Counted from the stretch's first letter, positions 1 through 10,679 are shown. The stretch: DNA of 64,000 nt from a virus (IMGVR_UViG_3300044624_001994:5772-69771); one strand, 5' to 3'. A program made the numbers and translations. Notes: a model not told the origin generated them from the letters alone.

Positions 1-880
1 TGCCTATTTTTTTTAATTCTTCTTCAGACATATTGCATTCCATTCGCAATTGCCCTAATGTTTTTCTTTTTACGAAACCTGCATAATCTATATCTCTGTG
101 GTCTTGGTATTTACTTGGTCGGCATACAAGTTCTTCCGGAGCAATTCTATCAATTTTTACTATGCCAGTGGCTTTTTCTAAATAGGTCAATGTAGCAGCA
201 ATATTCAAATCAATAATATCTTCAACTATTTGATTTTTGATTGTTGACCATCCCGATTCATAGTTTGTACATTCAATTGCATCTTGTATCATCAATTCCT
301 GATTCAATCTGAACCCGCCCATCTTATTAAATATCTCCACATCCTCTGGCGATTCAACTCCTTCGGGTAATTCTACATTTGTAGGCTGTACATTTGTTTG
401 TTGGAACAGTTGCTGCATTGCTGGATTCGAATACAATTTCATTTTCGAAACTTCCAATATTCTTTCCTTTGTACTTGTTTCATCTATTGCAGTAGTAACT
501 ACATCAAAATCCATTGTTATCATTTTACCTCTAACAATATCTCTGAATTTTGACATTACTTGTACATTATCCCAATTTATATTTAAGTAGCCTTCGTTTT
601 TATTTTTATCGTCACACTGGTCTAATAGGTCCATATAGATAGTTCTATCCTGCTGTCCTAATGCATACGCTCTTAACTCGTAAAAGGTTCTCCCTGATGG
701 CGTGTAACCACCATAAGGCACTAATGTCCTATCTGTTGCATATTGGCTCCAAACATACTGCGCCCAACGGAGAAAATATTTCTCATCCATTGAGTCAGGG
801 TCTTTTTCAGTTGGAACTGTATAACTGTTTTTTTTATACTGTTCCGTATTTATATATGCATTATCTCTGGTGCTTTCCAT
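1..880 (-). CDS. Portal protein, N-terminal part (runs off the left edge)
   Basis: Absent from the ORF track. Manual translation from ATG at 880 gives MESTRDNAYINTEQYKK...ELRAYALGQQD...GYLNINWDNVQVMSKFRDIV, resembling the N-terminus of portals of Bacteroidota podoviruses; directly downstream of the terminase. Confidence 0.75.
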   Translation of the reverse strand, partial: MESTRDNAYINTEQYKKNSYTVPTEKDPDSMDEKYFLRWAQYVWSQYATDRTLVPYGGYTPSGRTFYELRAYALGQQDRTIYMDLLDQCDDKNKNEGYLNINWDNVQVMSKFRDIVRGKMITMDFDVVTTAIDETSTKERILEVSKMKLYSNPAMQQLFQQTNVQPTNVELPEGVESPEDVEIFNKMGGFRLNQELMIQDAIECTNYESGWSTIKNQIVEDIIDLNIAATLTYLEKATGIVKIDRIAPEELVCRPSKYQDHRDIDYAGFVKRKTLGQLRMECNMSEEELKKIG

Positions 881-940
881 AAAAAAGTTTTTATTACGGA
901 CAAAAATAGTGATATAAATTTATAAATAAGTACATGATTA

Positions 941-3154
941 TTATCTTTTTCTATTATATTTTCTAAAGTAAGCGACATTATTATTAAATTCCTCCCTTCT
1001 TGCTTCAATTCTTTTTTTCATTACTGGTCCAGCTGCCAATAAAGCAAAACCACAAGCAACAGTTAAATCGCATTCAGTTCTGTTGTAAACTTTAAATTTT
1101 CTAAAATCATCAAGTATCAAGTAATGATGATAATTATGAACCCTATGAATAACATGCCATTTTAAAGCATCTACATACAAATTTATTATCGGAGCTGATG
1201 CTTTAGTGCCTTTTTCCCTTTTTTTGCTTCCATACTCGGTCCTTGTTTCTTTTGGCCTATCTTTTAAGTATGAACCGAATGACTGGCCATCTTTTTTTGA
1301 ATTTCTAAAGAACTGTCCAACGCCAGGCTTATCTTTTTCAAAAAACATCTGCACTCCATAATAGATAGCTGTCTTTAACATATCCTCATAAAATTCGTAT
1401 GGGTCTTGTGGCCTGTTAGCGTAAACACAAACAAACGTATCTGTTTTCATTAAATGGACTTCACTATCTTCAATCTCACCATTTTCATCACGATCAAGAT
1501 TCCCATCAACACTTTCATCATATTTTCGATAAACAGCACCAGCACCTCTTGAATGTATTGGACTTCCATCTTCGCCAGCTTTACCTTCAACCATGTGGTC
1601 GTAAGGGTCAACTCCAAAACTATAAATATCATCGTTGCCCGGCTTATACAATCCCTTACTTACAATTGTACGGTAATTTGGCTTAACAGGAAATTGGCTT
1701 ATATACCACCGGCCAGTAGGATTAGGATAGAACTCTACATTGCCACCAAACTGTCCACCTACCCATATTAAGTCACCTCTTACTTCTAATGGTTTTATCG
1801 GCCCAGTTTCCGGCATCTTACTTCTCCAGTTTAATCCATCCTCTATCTGCTGCTTTCTTCTGTCTAATAATACAGGCATAAGAACACAATCATCAATAGG
1901 CAAAGTAAATACATCTTGAATGGTAATTGGGTACTGCCTTTTAAACTGCGCCAATCCTTCCCAATCTCCAATATCTTCAAGTGACTTCCTTGTGTTGTTA
2001 ATAGTTTCTATTGTCCTTGTTTCATTGTAAAACCCAAATTCATCTGGCTCGTCAGACATGATACAACTTCTAAAGTATCGGTACAAGCCAGTAATAGTTC
2101 TGCCGTTGCCATCTCGCTTATTAGGATTAGAATTATCCCAAAAAAACTTGATGTTAGCCATGGTTGACATATTCTCACCTGACTTCTTTCCTTTCTTATA
2201 ATCTTCAACTGTTGTTGTCCATATTGATTTGCCTACTACTTTTCTATCATTGTTCAATGTCAATGTTCTTCTGATAACAGGCCATTGTTCTCTGATATTG
2301 AATGCGGTGATTTTACCAGGTTCATCTAAGTGATACCTACCTAAACGCTCACCATCATATCGCCCTTGAACAGATGCTTCAAAGTCTATTGATGATTCTA
2401 TTGGTTTAAATTTGAAATTTGATTCCAGCAACTTATTGCTTACATTTCCTTTACGCTTCTCATTTGAAATTTTCTTTCTTGTCATCCTTTGTTCGGGATA
2501 TGCAAACTCTAATGTCTGAGAAGGACTGTCAGAACCCTTTAAAAACGGCTTGAAGAAAGGTGTCATTTTATTATGGCCCTTGACTAATCGCTTAAAGTTT
2601 TTTTCAGCTGCATCGTCTTTTACGTTTTGCATTCCACCACGCTGATACCTTACCCGGCTACAATACTCCCATATAATAAACAGCGTTTTCTCTGTATCTC
2701 CAATACGCCTTGGCTTTATATCAAGCAATCCCAAACAATTGCCATCTCTTTCAATAAATTCCCATACAAGAAAAAACTCAACAGCTTCCATTCGAAATTC
2801 AGGCAATGTACCTTGTTCTGTATGCCAAAAATTAAAAAATGTCCATGCCTTGCCAGTAACATATATTTCCTGCCCACCAATAATCCACCATTCGCCATTT
2901 CTTCTTTTGTGCCACATCAATGACACAAATTCATCCATGACACGTTTAGGCCACATCTTAATGTCACCTGGTATTTGATCTCTTTTAAACTTTTGTTCCT
3001 TTAACGGCAATCCATAATTCCGCATTTTAGATTTTGGCGGTTTTCTTGGAACTGTTACTGGATATTCAAATCCCAAAACATTTATCGTTTCGGGATATGG
3101 AGGATAATCTGCTGTATATAAATTGTCCTTATCAAAATTAAACCTATCATCCAT
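941..3154 (-). CDS. terL: Terminase large subunit
   Basis: 737 aa; KPRRIGDT (terminase Walker A variant), HLDEPGK (Walker B), FGVDPYD nuclease motif and C-terminal DLTVA; adjacent to the portal. Confidence 0.9.
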   Translation of the reverse strand: MDDRFNFDKDNLYTADYPPYPETINVLGFEYPVTVPRKPPKSKMRNYGLPLKEQKFKRDQIPGDIKMWPKRVMDEFVSLMWHKRRNGEWWIIGGQEIYVTGKAWTFFNFWHTEQGTLPEFRMEAVEFFLVWEFIERDGNCLGLLDIKPRRIGDTEKTLFIIWEYCSRVRYQRGGMQNVKDDAAEKNFKRLVKGHNKMTPFFKPFLKGSDSPSQTLEFAYPEQRMTRKKISNEKRKGNVSNKLLESNFKFKPIESSIDFEASVQGRYDGERLGRYHLDEPGKITAFNIREQWPVIRRTLTLNNDRKVVGKSIWTTTVEDYKKGKKSGENMSTMANIKFFWDNSNPNKRDGNGRTITGLYRYFRSCIMSDEPDEFGFYNETRTIETINNTRKSLEDIGDWEGLAQFKRQYPITIQDVFTLPIDDCVLMPVLLDRRKQQIEDGLNWRSKMPETGPIKPLEVRGDLIWVGGQFGGNVEFYPNPTGRWYISQFPVKPNYRTIVSKGLYKPGNDDIYSFGVDPYDHMVEGKAGEDGSPIHSRGAGAVYRKYDESVDGNLDRDENGEIEDSEVHLMKTDTFVCVYANRPQDPYEFYEDMLKTAIYYGVQMFFEKDKPGVGQFFRNSKKDGQSFGSYLKDRPKETRTEYGSKKREKGTKASAPIINLYVDALKWHVIHRVHNYHHYLILDDFRKFKVYNRTECDLTVACGFALLAAGPVMKKRIEARREEFNNNVAYFRKYNRKR

Positions 3155-3157
3155 AGT

Positions 3158-3805
3158 TTAGAAATTTGGGTCCTCCGCAAACTGTTCTGCATAGCCACCT
3201 AATCCATCGTCAGCTGCTCTGTCATTTATCATTTTAGCAAGTCGATTATCAGGAAATAATTGGTACTCTATTTCCATTAAATCAAATGTTAGGTCCGTAA
3301 TTACTTGCGACAACTGCCTTCTTGCATTTACATCAGATGCCACGCTACCGTTTTTGTCCGGTACTGGAGGCTGTCTTAAATATTTGTTTAATTGGTGCAA
3401 GTTCATCTTACTGGAAAACCACGTTTCATACATGTGGTTGTTCATTATCTTAAAGAACTCATACATGACATTAGAATAAACAGCACCCATGTTTTCTATT
3501 TCTTTAAACTCGGCACTTTTAACTCCTATTTGTAATGAATGCATTGACTTGCCAGCACGAATATCGAAATTTCTTTCTTCGTAGTGTGGACTTTCGGGGT
3601 CTATCATTAATATAACAAAACGCAGAATTTTGTCTGTATTCTCTTTTCTCCACATTTCGTACTCCGCAGTATCGGGAACAACCCAAAATCTCTTAGGCTT
3701 GAATATTTTAAACTCTGAATCCATTGTTTTCGATGTTGTCACCGAAAATGGATTCAGAGCCATGTGTTCGTACTGCTTATAGTTTATATATACTGATGCC
3801 GACAT
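3158..3805 (-). CDS. Hypothetical protein, possibly terminase small subunit
   Basis: 215 aa ORF immediately upstream of terL; function inferred from position only. Confidence 0.4.
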   Translation of the reverse strand: MSASVYINYKQYEHMALNPFSVTTSKTMDSEFKIFKPKRFWVVPDTAEYEMWRKENTDKILRFVILMIDPESPHYEERNFDIRAGKSMHSLQIGVKSAEFKEIENMGAVYSNVMYEFFKIMNNHMYETWFSSKMNLHQLNKYLRQPPVPDKNGSVASDVNARRQLSQVITDLTFDLMEIEYQLFPDNRLAKMINDRAADDGLGGYAEQFAEDPNF

Positions 3806-3807
3806 AG

Positions 3808-4332
3808 TTATCTATTTGCTTCAAGATTGTTGTTTTTGAAATCATCAATAATTTCATTTGAATTATAGGCATTTATGATTCTATCCTTAACTTCTTGATC
3901 ATCAACAACAGCACCGTACAAATCAGATGCAATAAAAACTTCACCTTGGATGCTATAACTTCTTAATGACCTTTTATTGTTTATTTTAATCATCCTTATT
4001 AGTCTTTGTAAATTTGCTACGTTGTTTAAGTTACTACCAACAATAACTAAGGCAGAACGCAAGTTAGCACTTAGTGTTTCATCAATAGTTGATTTTTCCG
4101 TAATGTATGATGCCAGTAAACAACTGTTTGCATAATAAAAATATGATGTTTGACGAGTTGTCCTGTTTTTAATGTCATTAAACAATTGAACTGGTTCTAT
4201 TGCTTCATATTTTTCAGTTGCATAAAAATTGCATTCGTTGTCAAAGTTTTCTTTTTCATCCATTGCTTGCAATATTGCACTAACAATACTTGATGCATTG
4301 AATGGGTTATAATTAATAGTAGTGTATTTCAT
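3808..4332 (-). CDS. Hypothetical protein
   Basis: 174 aa ORF tightly packed in the operon. Confidence 0.7.
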   Translation of the reverse strand: MKYTTINYNPFNASSIVSAILQAMDEKENFDNECNFYATEKYEAIEPVQLFNDIKNRTTRQTSYFYYANSCLLASYITEKSTIDETLSANLRSALVIVGSNLNNVANLQRLIRMIKINNKRSLRSYSIQGEVFIASDLYGAVVDDQEVKDRIINAYNSNEIIDDFKNNNLEANR

Positions 4333-4353
4333 TTTTATAAATTAAAGTGTTGT

Positions 4354-5067
4354 TTAATCAATTATTGCTAATACATCTCTACGCTGCATCCTGTAATAAG
4401 GATATTTACCTTCATTTAGTTCTTTATGATATGCCCATTCAATTGGCACATTCAATGTTCTTCTAAATAGTATTTTTTTACCGACTGGTATGTCTTGGCC
4501 TTCAGGCTTGCCATCAATATAGCTTTTGTTATGCTCACCTATAAGACGAACTATGCCCATCCCTGGCACTCGTTCATCTTTAATCCACTTTTCGAAACCG
4601 CCACCTAAAGCAATCAATTCATCTTTACTGTAATCAATTGGCTCTACAAATATCCAACCATTTAAAGGAATCTGATTTTCATTGCGCAATGCAAGATACA
4701 ATGTATCGTAATCAATCAGTAACAATTTTTTATTTTTATACTCAATGTACTCTCCATTATCCAATACATTTGCATGATTATTGTATCTAAACCATACCAT
4801 GTCACCAACAGCAAGCTGATTGCAAGTTTCAAAATCAAGACTGGTTCTTACTGATTCTTGAATAATCTTTTGACTAATAGGGTTTCTGTTTTTTCTCAAT
4901 TTCTCTATGTAGCCATGGTTGCATACAAGCCTGTCTGGAAGCATTACTACCTGTCCTGATACTGACCAATGCCTTTCGGGATTAAAGCTGTCGTACAGCT
5001 CAAATACGCCATCGCTGGTGTAATGTCCTTTAGGCATAATCAATACTTTGTTATTCGCTATCTTCAT
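4354..5067 (-). CDS. Tandem GroES-like (co-chaperonin fold) protein
   Basis: Two GroES-like units: NNKVLIMP..SGQVVMLP..LAVGDMVWFRY..IEYKNKKLLLIDYDTL and PLNGWIFVEP..GIVRLIG..IPVGKKILFR..YYRMQRRDVLAII. Confidence 0.65.
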   Translation of the reverse strand: MKIANNKVLIMPKGHYTSDGVFELYDSFNPERHWSVSGQVVMLPDRLVCNHGYIEKLRKNRNPISQKIIQESVRTSLDFETCNQLAVGDMVWFRYNNHANVLDNGEYIEYKNKKLLLIDYDTLYLALRNENQIPLNGWIFVEPIDYSKDELIALGGGFEKWIKDERVPGMGIVRLIGEHNKSYIDGKPEGQDIPVGKKILFRRTLNVPIEWAYHKELNEGKYPYYRMQRRDVLAIID

Positions 5068-5500
5068 CTTCTTCGAATATATTTTTTAGAACTTCGTTAG
5101 AAGCCTCGTCAAGCAAATCAATGAATAGTGTTTTGGCCGCAAGTGACATTTGTTTAAATTGTTCAATTAGCATATTGGCAACTAATTCATCATCGTCTGC
5201 TGGATCGATAACTTTTATGTCAAGATGATGTACCAAGTAGTAATCATTGCCATTAAATTCAAATAATTGTTTGTTGCCAGCGGGCATTAACACTCTTCGG
5301 CCGACTGTAAGTGATGGGTGCATTCCGTACACATCATCCTGGCCAACAGAAACAATAATTGCCGAACGAACCTTAGTTTTTCTGTGCGGTTCTTCAAAAC
5401 CAGAAAAATCGTAAGTCGTTTTGTCCTCATAACATAAAACTACATGCCCTTTTGTGACCGTATAAGGGAAAACCGGTGCTTCAATCTTCTTTTGTTTCAT
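5051..5500 (-). CDS. GroES-like co-chaperonin with helical C-terminal extension
   Basis: GHVVL..AIIVSVG..LTVGRRVLM..FEFNGNDYYLVHHLDIKVI follows the Cpn10 pattern. Confidence 0.65.
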   Translation of the reverse strand: MKQKKIEAPVFPYTVTKGHVVLCYEDKTTYDFSGFEEPHRKTKVRSAIIVSVGQDDVYGMHPSLTVGRRVLMPAGNKQLFEFNGNDYYLVHHLDIKVIDPADDDELVANMLIEQFKQMSLAAKTLFIDLLDEASNEVLKNIFEEDEDSE

Positions 5501-6132
5501 TTTCTGTTAATAATTTGAATGATATTAAATAATTCTTCTTCAGTTCCACTCATTAAAAGCCTAAATCCTCTGTTTTTTATCAATCTTTCTATTTCGGTAG
5601 CCATTTTGTACTTGTTTTTTGACTTGTAGTAGTCTTTTTTGCTAAAATATACATGGCCGAGAACATCACCACCCATTTTTTCGCCCGAATAAACTTCATT
5701 ACTGCCAATAATGAACTTATATCGCCTTTGGCCAAAGAAAACAAAGTCATATTCAACGCTATCAATAGTGTATTCGTCTAAAAGTTCGCTGTCATTTGCT
5801 TGAAAATACAATAATCCATCAGGAGTAACATCTAAAAATCGATTCTTAAATATTGGGTCCTTGTAGGTAATGTACTTACCATCTTCCATCTTAACTATCC
5901 AGTCATTTTTCTGCACAATATAATCCATCCACTCGCCTTTATCGTGTGCAATTTTTATAATAGTGCCACAAAATCTAATGACATCTTCAAACACATCTCC
6001 ATTGTCCTCTATCCATTCTTTTATGCCAGCAGCATTCTTAATGTGCTTATACATTCCTGCCATTTCCTCATTGAACATAACAGCAGTTACAATTCTTGGC
6101 GTAAGTTTTATGTACAGATTTTTATTTGTCAT
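5497..6132 (-). CDS. Hypothetical phage protein
   Basis: 211 aa; start/stop overlap with neighbours. Confidence 0.7.
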   Translation of the reverse strand: MTNKNLYIKLTPRIVTAVMFNEEMAGMYKHIKNAAGIKEWIEDNGDVFEDVIRFCGTIIKIAHDKGEWMDYIVQKNDWIVKMEDGKYITYKDPIFKNRFLDVTPDGLLYFQANDSELLDEYTIDSVEYDFVFFGQRRYKFIIGSNEVYSGEKMGGDVLGHVYFSKKDYYKSKNKYKMATEIERLIKNRGFRLLMSGTEEELFNIIQIINRK

Positions 6133-6343
6133 ACTCTTTATCTACATGCTTAAACAACTCATTCGTTGAACTAACCTTTTTATCCATTATCTTTCCTGCA
6201 AAATCATTGCTTATTGGCCCTATCAACATAACGCCATAGGTAACAACTGGTCTATTATCTTCATCAATAGGATTGTACATAGTAAATTCTAATGCATCAA
6301 GTACAAACCTATGTATTATTTGACCAGGAACACTCATTACCAT
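6122..6343 (-). CDS. Hypothetical protein
   Basis: 73 aa, coupled to neighbours. Confidence 0.6.
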   Translation of the reverse strand: MVMSVPGQIIHRFVLDALEFTMYNPIDEDNRPVVTYGVMLIGPISNDFAGKIMDKKVSSTNELFKHVDKEYDK

Positions 6344-6579
6344 TCAATGATATACCTTAAACATGGAATGTTTATTTCGTCAGAAGCATTTAACTTCCTA
6401 ACATGATACCCTAACTTTTCCAACTTTGCAATAATTGAATCAGGTATCTTTTTGTCATAGATGCTTAATGAATACTCACCGCACTCAGCATTGTCTAATA
6501 TTTTTGCAATTAACGTACTAAAATCAAACAACTTTTCATTTTTGAGGTCGGCTAACTCCCTCGCTTTCTTTGATTCCAT
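6337..6579 (-). CDS. Hypothetical protein
   Basis: 80 aa, coupled to neighbours. Confidence 0.6.
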   Translation of the reverse strand: MESKKARELADLKNEKLFDFSTLIAKILDNAECGEYSLSIYDKKIPDSIIAKLEKLGYHVRKLNASDEINIPCLRYIIEW

Positions 6580-7036
6580 TTTCTACTTTGTGTTTATTGT
6601 ATGCCAAAAAAACCATTTTCTTACATTCTTCTAAATACCAATCCAACTGGTCCAACGGACATTGGACAACCATGCACATCAATTCTGCCAGCGTACCAAC
6701 AGTATCAAAACTTGTAGAATCCAATATCTCCCTTTCTGCTGCTGGAGCAGCGGACTTAAAGTTATTCAAAAACAAATTTACCGCAACCTCAAGGTCATTA
6801 AACCTTTTCTTCATAGCAAAGGACATTTTTTTTGGCTCCATTTCCGCAATGGCAAATCTTGAAGCGTTTAGCACCCCTACCAATAGCCATATTTTAGCTG
6901 TCAGTTCATTTACTTGCTTTTCGCCATACTTATCTACCATGACTTGTTTTTTCTCCTCTCCAGTCAAATGTGGGTTCTTGTTCCCAACGCCAATAACTTT
7001 TACCGAAGACTTACTCGGAACTACATTCTTGCTCAT
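6536..7036 (-). CDS. Hypothetical protein
   Basis: 166 aa in the operon. Confidence 0.65.
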   Translation of the reverse strand: MSKNVVPSKSSVKVIGVGNKNPHLTGEEKKQVMVDKYGEKQVNELTAKIWLLVGVLNASRFAIAEMEPKKMSFAMKKRFNDLEVAVNLFLNNFKSAAPAAEREILDSTSFDTVGTLAELMCMVVQCPLDQLDWYLEECKKMVFLAYNKHKVENGIKESEGVSRPQK

Positions 7037-7039
7037 GCA

Positions 7040-7246
7040 TCAAATTTTAATAATTTCCCTTTTAACATTTTTCCAATACTCTATATCAGCATCCTTGCAA
7101 TTTTCCAACAATAAATTGATAGCAACCATGGCCGATTGCTTGGCAATGATTGTGCAAAGTATTTCATTGCCACATTCAGTATCTTCATTCATCAGTATTA
7201 ACCGATATTGATGAACCAAACTATATGCTTCTTGTACACATTCCAT
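7040..7246 (-). CDS. Hypothetical phage protein
   Basis: 68 aa in the operon. Confidence 0.6.
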   Translation of the reverse strand: MECVQEAYSLVHQYRLILMNEDTECGNEILCTIIAKQSAMVAINLLLENCKDADIEYWKNVKREIIKI

Positions 7247-7255
7247 ACGATTTAT

Positions 7256-7465
7256 TTAATTGTCATCTTCTGGGTCTGGAGGCAAACCCTTAATTCTGTC
7301 CTCTAAAACATCAATCCGATTTTTATACTTGTCTATTTCTTCTTCCAACTCGCTCATACCATACTCCTGTTCAATTGTCAGCAATGCTTCTAAATAGCCT
7401 TTAGCAAATGCCAACTCTCTCATGTACTTTCGCTTAGTGTATCTTCTGTGATCTGCCATTACCAT
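7256..7465 (-). CDS. Hypothetical protein
   Basis: 69 aa in the operon. Confidence 0.6.
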   Translation of the reverse strand: MVMADHRRYTKRKYMRELAFAKGYLEALLTIEQEYGMSELEEEIDKYKNRIDVLEDRIKGLPPDPEDDN

Positions 7466-7803
7466 TCAATCAATGTGTTGCCAATAGAATCTCTTACATG
7501 CTTCTCATATTCCAAATGCTTTTGTACATTTTTTACCTGCGATAATGTCAGTTCTCTTAACTTACTCAACACTACCATATCTTCTCTCAACTTGCCTATC
7601 TCAATAGCTGCTATGCTATCAGCAATGTCAATGCGCTCCTGCGAGGTTTTTACATCATGCTTTAGCCGGTCCACAAGTTCTTCTAAATCAGAAATTGCTT
7701 GTTTTTGCTTATTGTGCTTTGCACCAATATCAAAAATGACAATATTGTAAACAATAAACACCAGCACCAAAATGCTATAAACTATCAAATTAAACTTATT
7801 CAT
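7459..7803 (-). CDS. Membrane-anchored coiled-coil protein (possible spanin component)
   Basis: N-terminal TM segment LIVYSILVLVFIVYNIVIF followed by a coiled-coil-like region. Confidence 0.4.
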   Translation of the reverse strand: MNKFNLIVYSILVLVFIVYNIVIFDIGAKHNKQKQAISDLEELVDRLKHDVKTSQERIDIADSIAAIEIGKLREDMVVLSKLRELTLSQVKNVQKHLEYEKHVRDSIGNTLIEW

Positions 7804-7805
7804 AT

Positions 7806-8276
7806 CTATTTAATTATAACGCCAAATAATGCACCTGCACCAAAACCAATCAACCCACCACCAATCCATTTCCAAATCTTTGTCCTATTCCTTCTCTTAT
7901 CCCTTTTAATGCAATCTATTAACAAATTGCCATTATGTTCAGTAACGCCCTTCAGCACTTCATATTCATCCAAACATACCTGCAAATGCCTTTCTTTAGC
8001 AGATAGAATAGACTGGCTTGCAACAAGCATACTGTCACATATACCATTGGCATAAACCAACATACTACTTTCTTCTTTACACCCGGCAATACTACGCTCA
8101 TAACTGGAAAACAAATCTATGACTCCAGATAATTGCTTGTTAGAAATCTTAACAGTATCTCCACTCCTAAGAATCCTAATCTTGTAATTGTTAGCCAGCA
8201 GGATAGTATCGGCAACTTGGGCCGATACTCCTACTGGTAAAATCAAAATACCTATGACTAATAAAAACTTCCACAT
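7806..8276 (-). CDS. Exported protein with signal peptide and C-terminal TM helix (possible spanin component)
   Basis: MWKFLLVIGILILPVGVSA signal; basic patch then WIGGGLIGFGAGALFGVII. Confidence 0.4.
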   Translation of the reverse strand: MWKFLLVIGILILPVGVSAQVADTILLANNYKIRILRSGDTVKISNKQLSGVIDLFSSYERSIAGCKEESSMLVYANGICDSMLVASQSILSAKERHLQVCLDEYEVLKGVTEHNGNLLIDCIKRDKRRNRTKIWKWIGGGLIGFGAGALFGVIIK

Positions 8277-8278
8277 AA

Positions 8279-10021
8279 CTAATGTCTTTCAGGGTACAAC
8301 ATTTTACCTAATACATTATTGTCTTGCTGCTCTTCCAACTGCAATACCCATTCGGTCAAATACAATTGCTTCGCAACACTCGCTGCATTCTTGACAGCAC
8401 TGATGACAACATCAGCAGGGTCTATAATGCCCTTGTCAATGAAATTAACATTTTCACCCTTACCCGGCAACACCCCATCAAAAAATTCAGTTTCGTCTAA
8501 AGAAATATCAATGTTTATATCTACTGCTTCAGGCTTAACAAACAAATTCTCATTGACCTTACAATAAACAACACTCAAACTTTCAACCAAAGCATTATAC
8601 CCCATAGCGTAATCGTATGTGTGCGAATCTTCGTCATGCTTAAATCCATCACGCAATGACTGCATGCCCTTTAGATAAGCTATTCCAGCACCTGGAACAA
8701 TACCACCTTTTAATGAAGCAAAACAGGCCCTCTGCACATCATCAATAACCATCTTGCGGTAATTTAACTCAATGTCACTATCTCCACCTACATAGATAGT
8801 ACCCATACCACTTACCAATCTTGATACCCGGTCACGATACATATCCCTTTCACCCTCAAACTCACTATCTTCAATTGACTGCTTTAACTTTTCTACCAAC
8901 GTATTCACAGCAGTACGCAAGCTAATCTCAATCTCAATATCATCAACAAAATCATTCTTTACATCGCTCGGTACAATAATGCACTTGTCCTTCTTCAGTA
9001 CAAACTTATCACAAACACCAAACTCCAACTTCTCCATGTAATCCAACCCTTTTCCAAAGCGGTCAAATACATTGCCAGTAATGTGTGAGAACACCTGCCT
9101 TGCACCAGTCAATACCTTCATGTCCTGCATATAGTCATATCGCATACCACCAAACGCCGGGGCCTTAACTACTAACACAGGCGCACCATTCTTCGCATTC
9201 AATGTCAATGTACTTAATGCACTCCCCTCTATATCACTTACAATCAAAACCAACGGCCTTTGTTTGCCATTTTCAATACATTGCTGCTTCCAAATAGTCA
9301 TTATCGGCTGAATTTCATCCCAATCGCTAATCTTAATGTCAGCTAACAGCACATAAGGATTAACAAGCTCTATCATTCCACTACCAGCCGACAAAAACTG
9401 CTTAAAAGGAATTGTGTGGAACACATAGCCATCAACCTTCTCAACCCACGTTTCTGGACCATTGCTGTCCTTAACCTCAATAATGCCATTCTCACCAACA
9501 CTTGTAACCAAATCACTTACCATACAACCAAGTTCACGATCGCCATTGGCACTAACAATAGCTACATTCTCTAATCGGTCCATAATGATACGACCATTAA
9601 CAACCATCAATCCCCTCTTATTCAAAATAAACTGCTTGAAATCTTCAACAGCAGTTTCAATGCCCCTGCATATTTCAAACTTGTTCACTCCCTCATAATC
9701 ACACAACGAATTTAATAACTTGTAAAGCTGATTAAACAACAATACCGTACTTGTCGTACCATCACCTACTTCCTTTACAGTCTTGCCAGCAGCATCAATA
9801 GCCATCATGGCCATCATATTGTGCAGCTTATTCTTCAAATTCAAATACCTCGCAACAGTAACACCATCCTTTGTACTCATTACACCATTAGGCGTATGTA
9901 TAGCAACTGTCCTTCCCCCAGGCCCCATCGTACTACACACAATGTCACATACATCTTGTAAGGAACTTAACATCTTTTTCTTAATGTCATCCGCATGAAT
10001 TGCATCCGTTAAATACTTCAT
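8279..10021 (-). CDS. groEL: Phage-encoded GroEL-like chaperonin
   Basis: STMGPGGRTV, TKDGVTVA, VGDGTTS, SANGD, KAPAFG, GGIVPGAG and GIIDP motifs. Confidence 0.93.
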   Translation of the reverse strand: MKYLTDAIHADDIKKKMLSSLQDVCDIVCSTMGPGGRTVAIHTPNGVMSTKDGVTVARYLNLKNKLHNMMAMMAIDAAGKTVKEVGDGTTSTVLLFNQLYKLLNSLCDYEGVNKFEICRGIETAVEDFKQFILNKRGLMVVNGRIIMDRLENVAIVSANGDRELGCMVSDLVTSVGENGIIEVKDSNGPETWVEKVDGYVFHTIPFKQFLSAGSGMIELVNPYVLLADIKISDWDEIQPIMTIWKQQCIENGKQRPLVLIVSDIEGSALSTLTLNAKNGAPVLVVKAPAFGGMRYDYMQDMKVLTGARQVFSHITGNVFDRFGKGLDYMEKLEFGVCDKFVLKKDKCIIVPSDVKNDFVDDIEIEISLRTAVNTLVEKLKQSIEDSEFEGERDMYRDRVSRLVSGMGTIYVGGDSDIELNYRKMVIDDVQRACFASLKGGIVPGAGIAYLKGMQSLRDGFKHDEDSHTYDYAMGYNALVESLSVVYCKVNENLFVKPEAVDINIDISLDETEFFDGVLPGKGENVNFIDKGIIDPADVVISAVKNAASVAKQLYLTEWVLQLEEQQDNNVLGKMLYPERH

Positions 10022-10031
10022 AGTTTTTTAT

Positions 10032-10328
10032 TTATCCGTTAACCAATATTGTTTCCATCTCTACCATGTATGCCTTAAAACAATCAATATGCTCAATCAT
10101 ACTCTTGTTGAATCCCATAATCTGCTTGCCACTATAATTGATACCCACAACACCTTCCGTTACATTCAGGATAACTTCAAAATTGCCCTTAATGTAAACA
10201 TAAAAGTCAGCTACAACCTCTCCCGATGCACCAAAGTTCTGTGTGCGACCAGACTTTACATACCCCCTGCCAGTCAAAAATGCCTCAACCTTATAAGGAC
10301 TACTACCTAATTTCTTTTCCTTTTCCAT
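10032..10328 (-). CDS. Hypothetical protein
   Basis: 98 aa in the operon. Confidence 0.6.
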   Translation of the reverse strand: MEKEKKLGSSPYKVEAFLTGRGYVKSGRTQNFGASGEVVADFYVYIKGNFEVILNVTEGVVGINYSGKQIMGFNKSMIEHIDCFKAYMVEMETILVNG

Positions 10329-10679
10329 CTAATTGTAAATTTTTTGAATTACTGAATCTATTTCTTTAAAATTTGTCTGCAAATGAACCTGATAACCACT
10401 GCCTATATGTACCTGATACAAAACATTAAAATCCATCTCACCCTTGTCATACAACCATACCATCCTAAACTGAATACTGCCATCCTCTTTCTTAATAGCA
10501 TTGGACAACGTACTTAACCTCTCCATCTCCCACTCATTAACTCCTACAACCAACACAATCCTATCCCGGTAGTCAATGTGCTTTATCTTATGTAAGTTCA
10601 TATAAAGTATAGCATGCCTCACAATACCGCCAGTATGCCCAATGAAATTATCTATAAAATCTTCATCCAATCGCATCAT
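10329..10679 (-). CDS. Hypothetical protein
   Basis: 116 aa in the operon. Confidence 0.6.
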   Translation of the reverse strand: MMRLDEDFIDNFIGHTGGIVRHAILYMNLHKIKHIDYRDRIVLVVGVNEWEMERLSTLSNAIKKEDGSIQFRMVWLYDKGEMDFNVLYQVHIGSGYQVHLQTNFKEIDSVIQKIYN

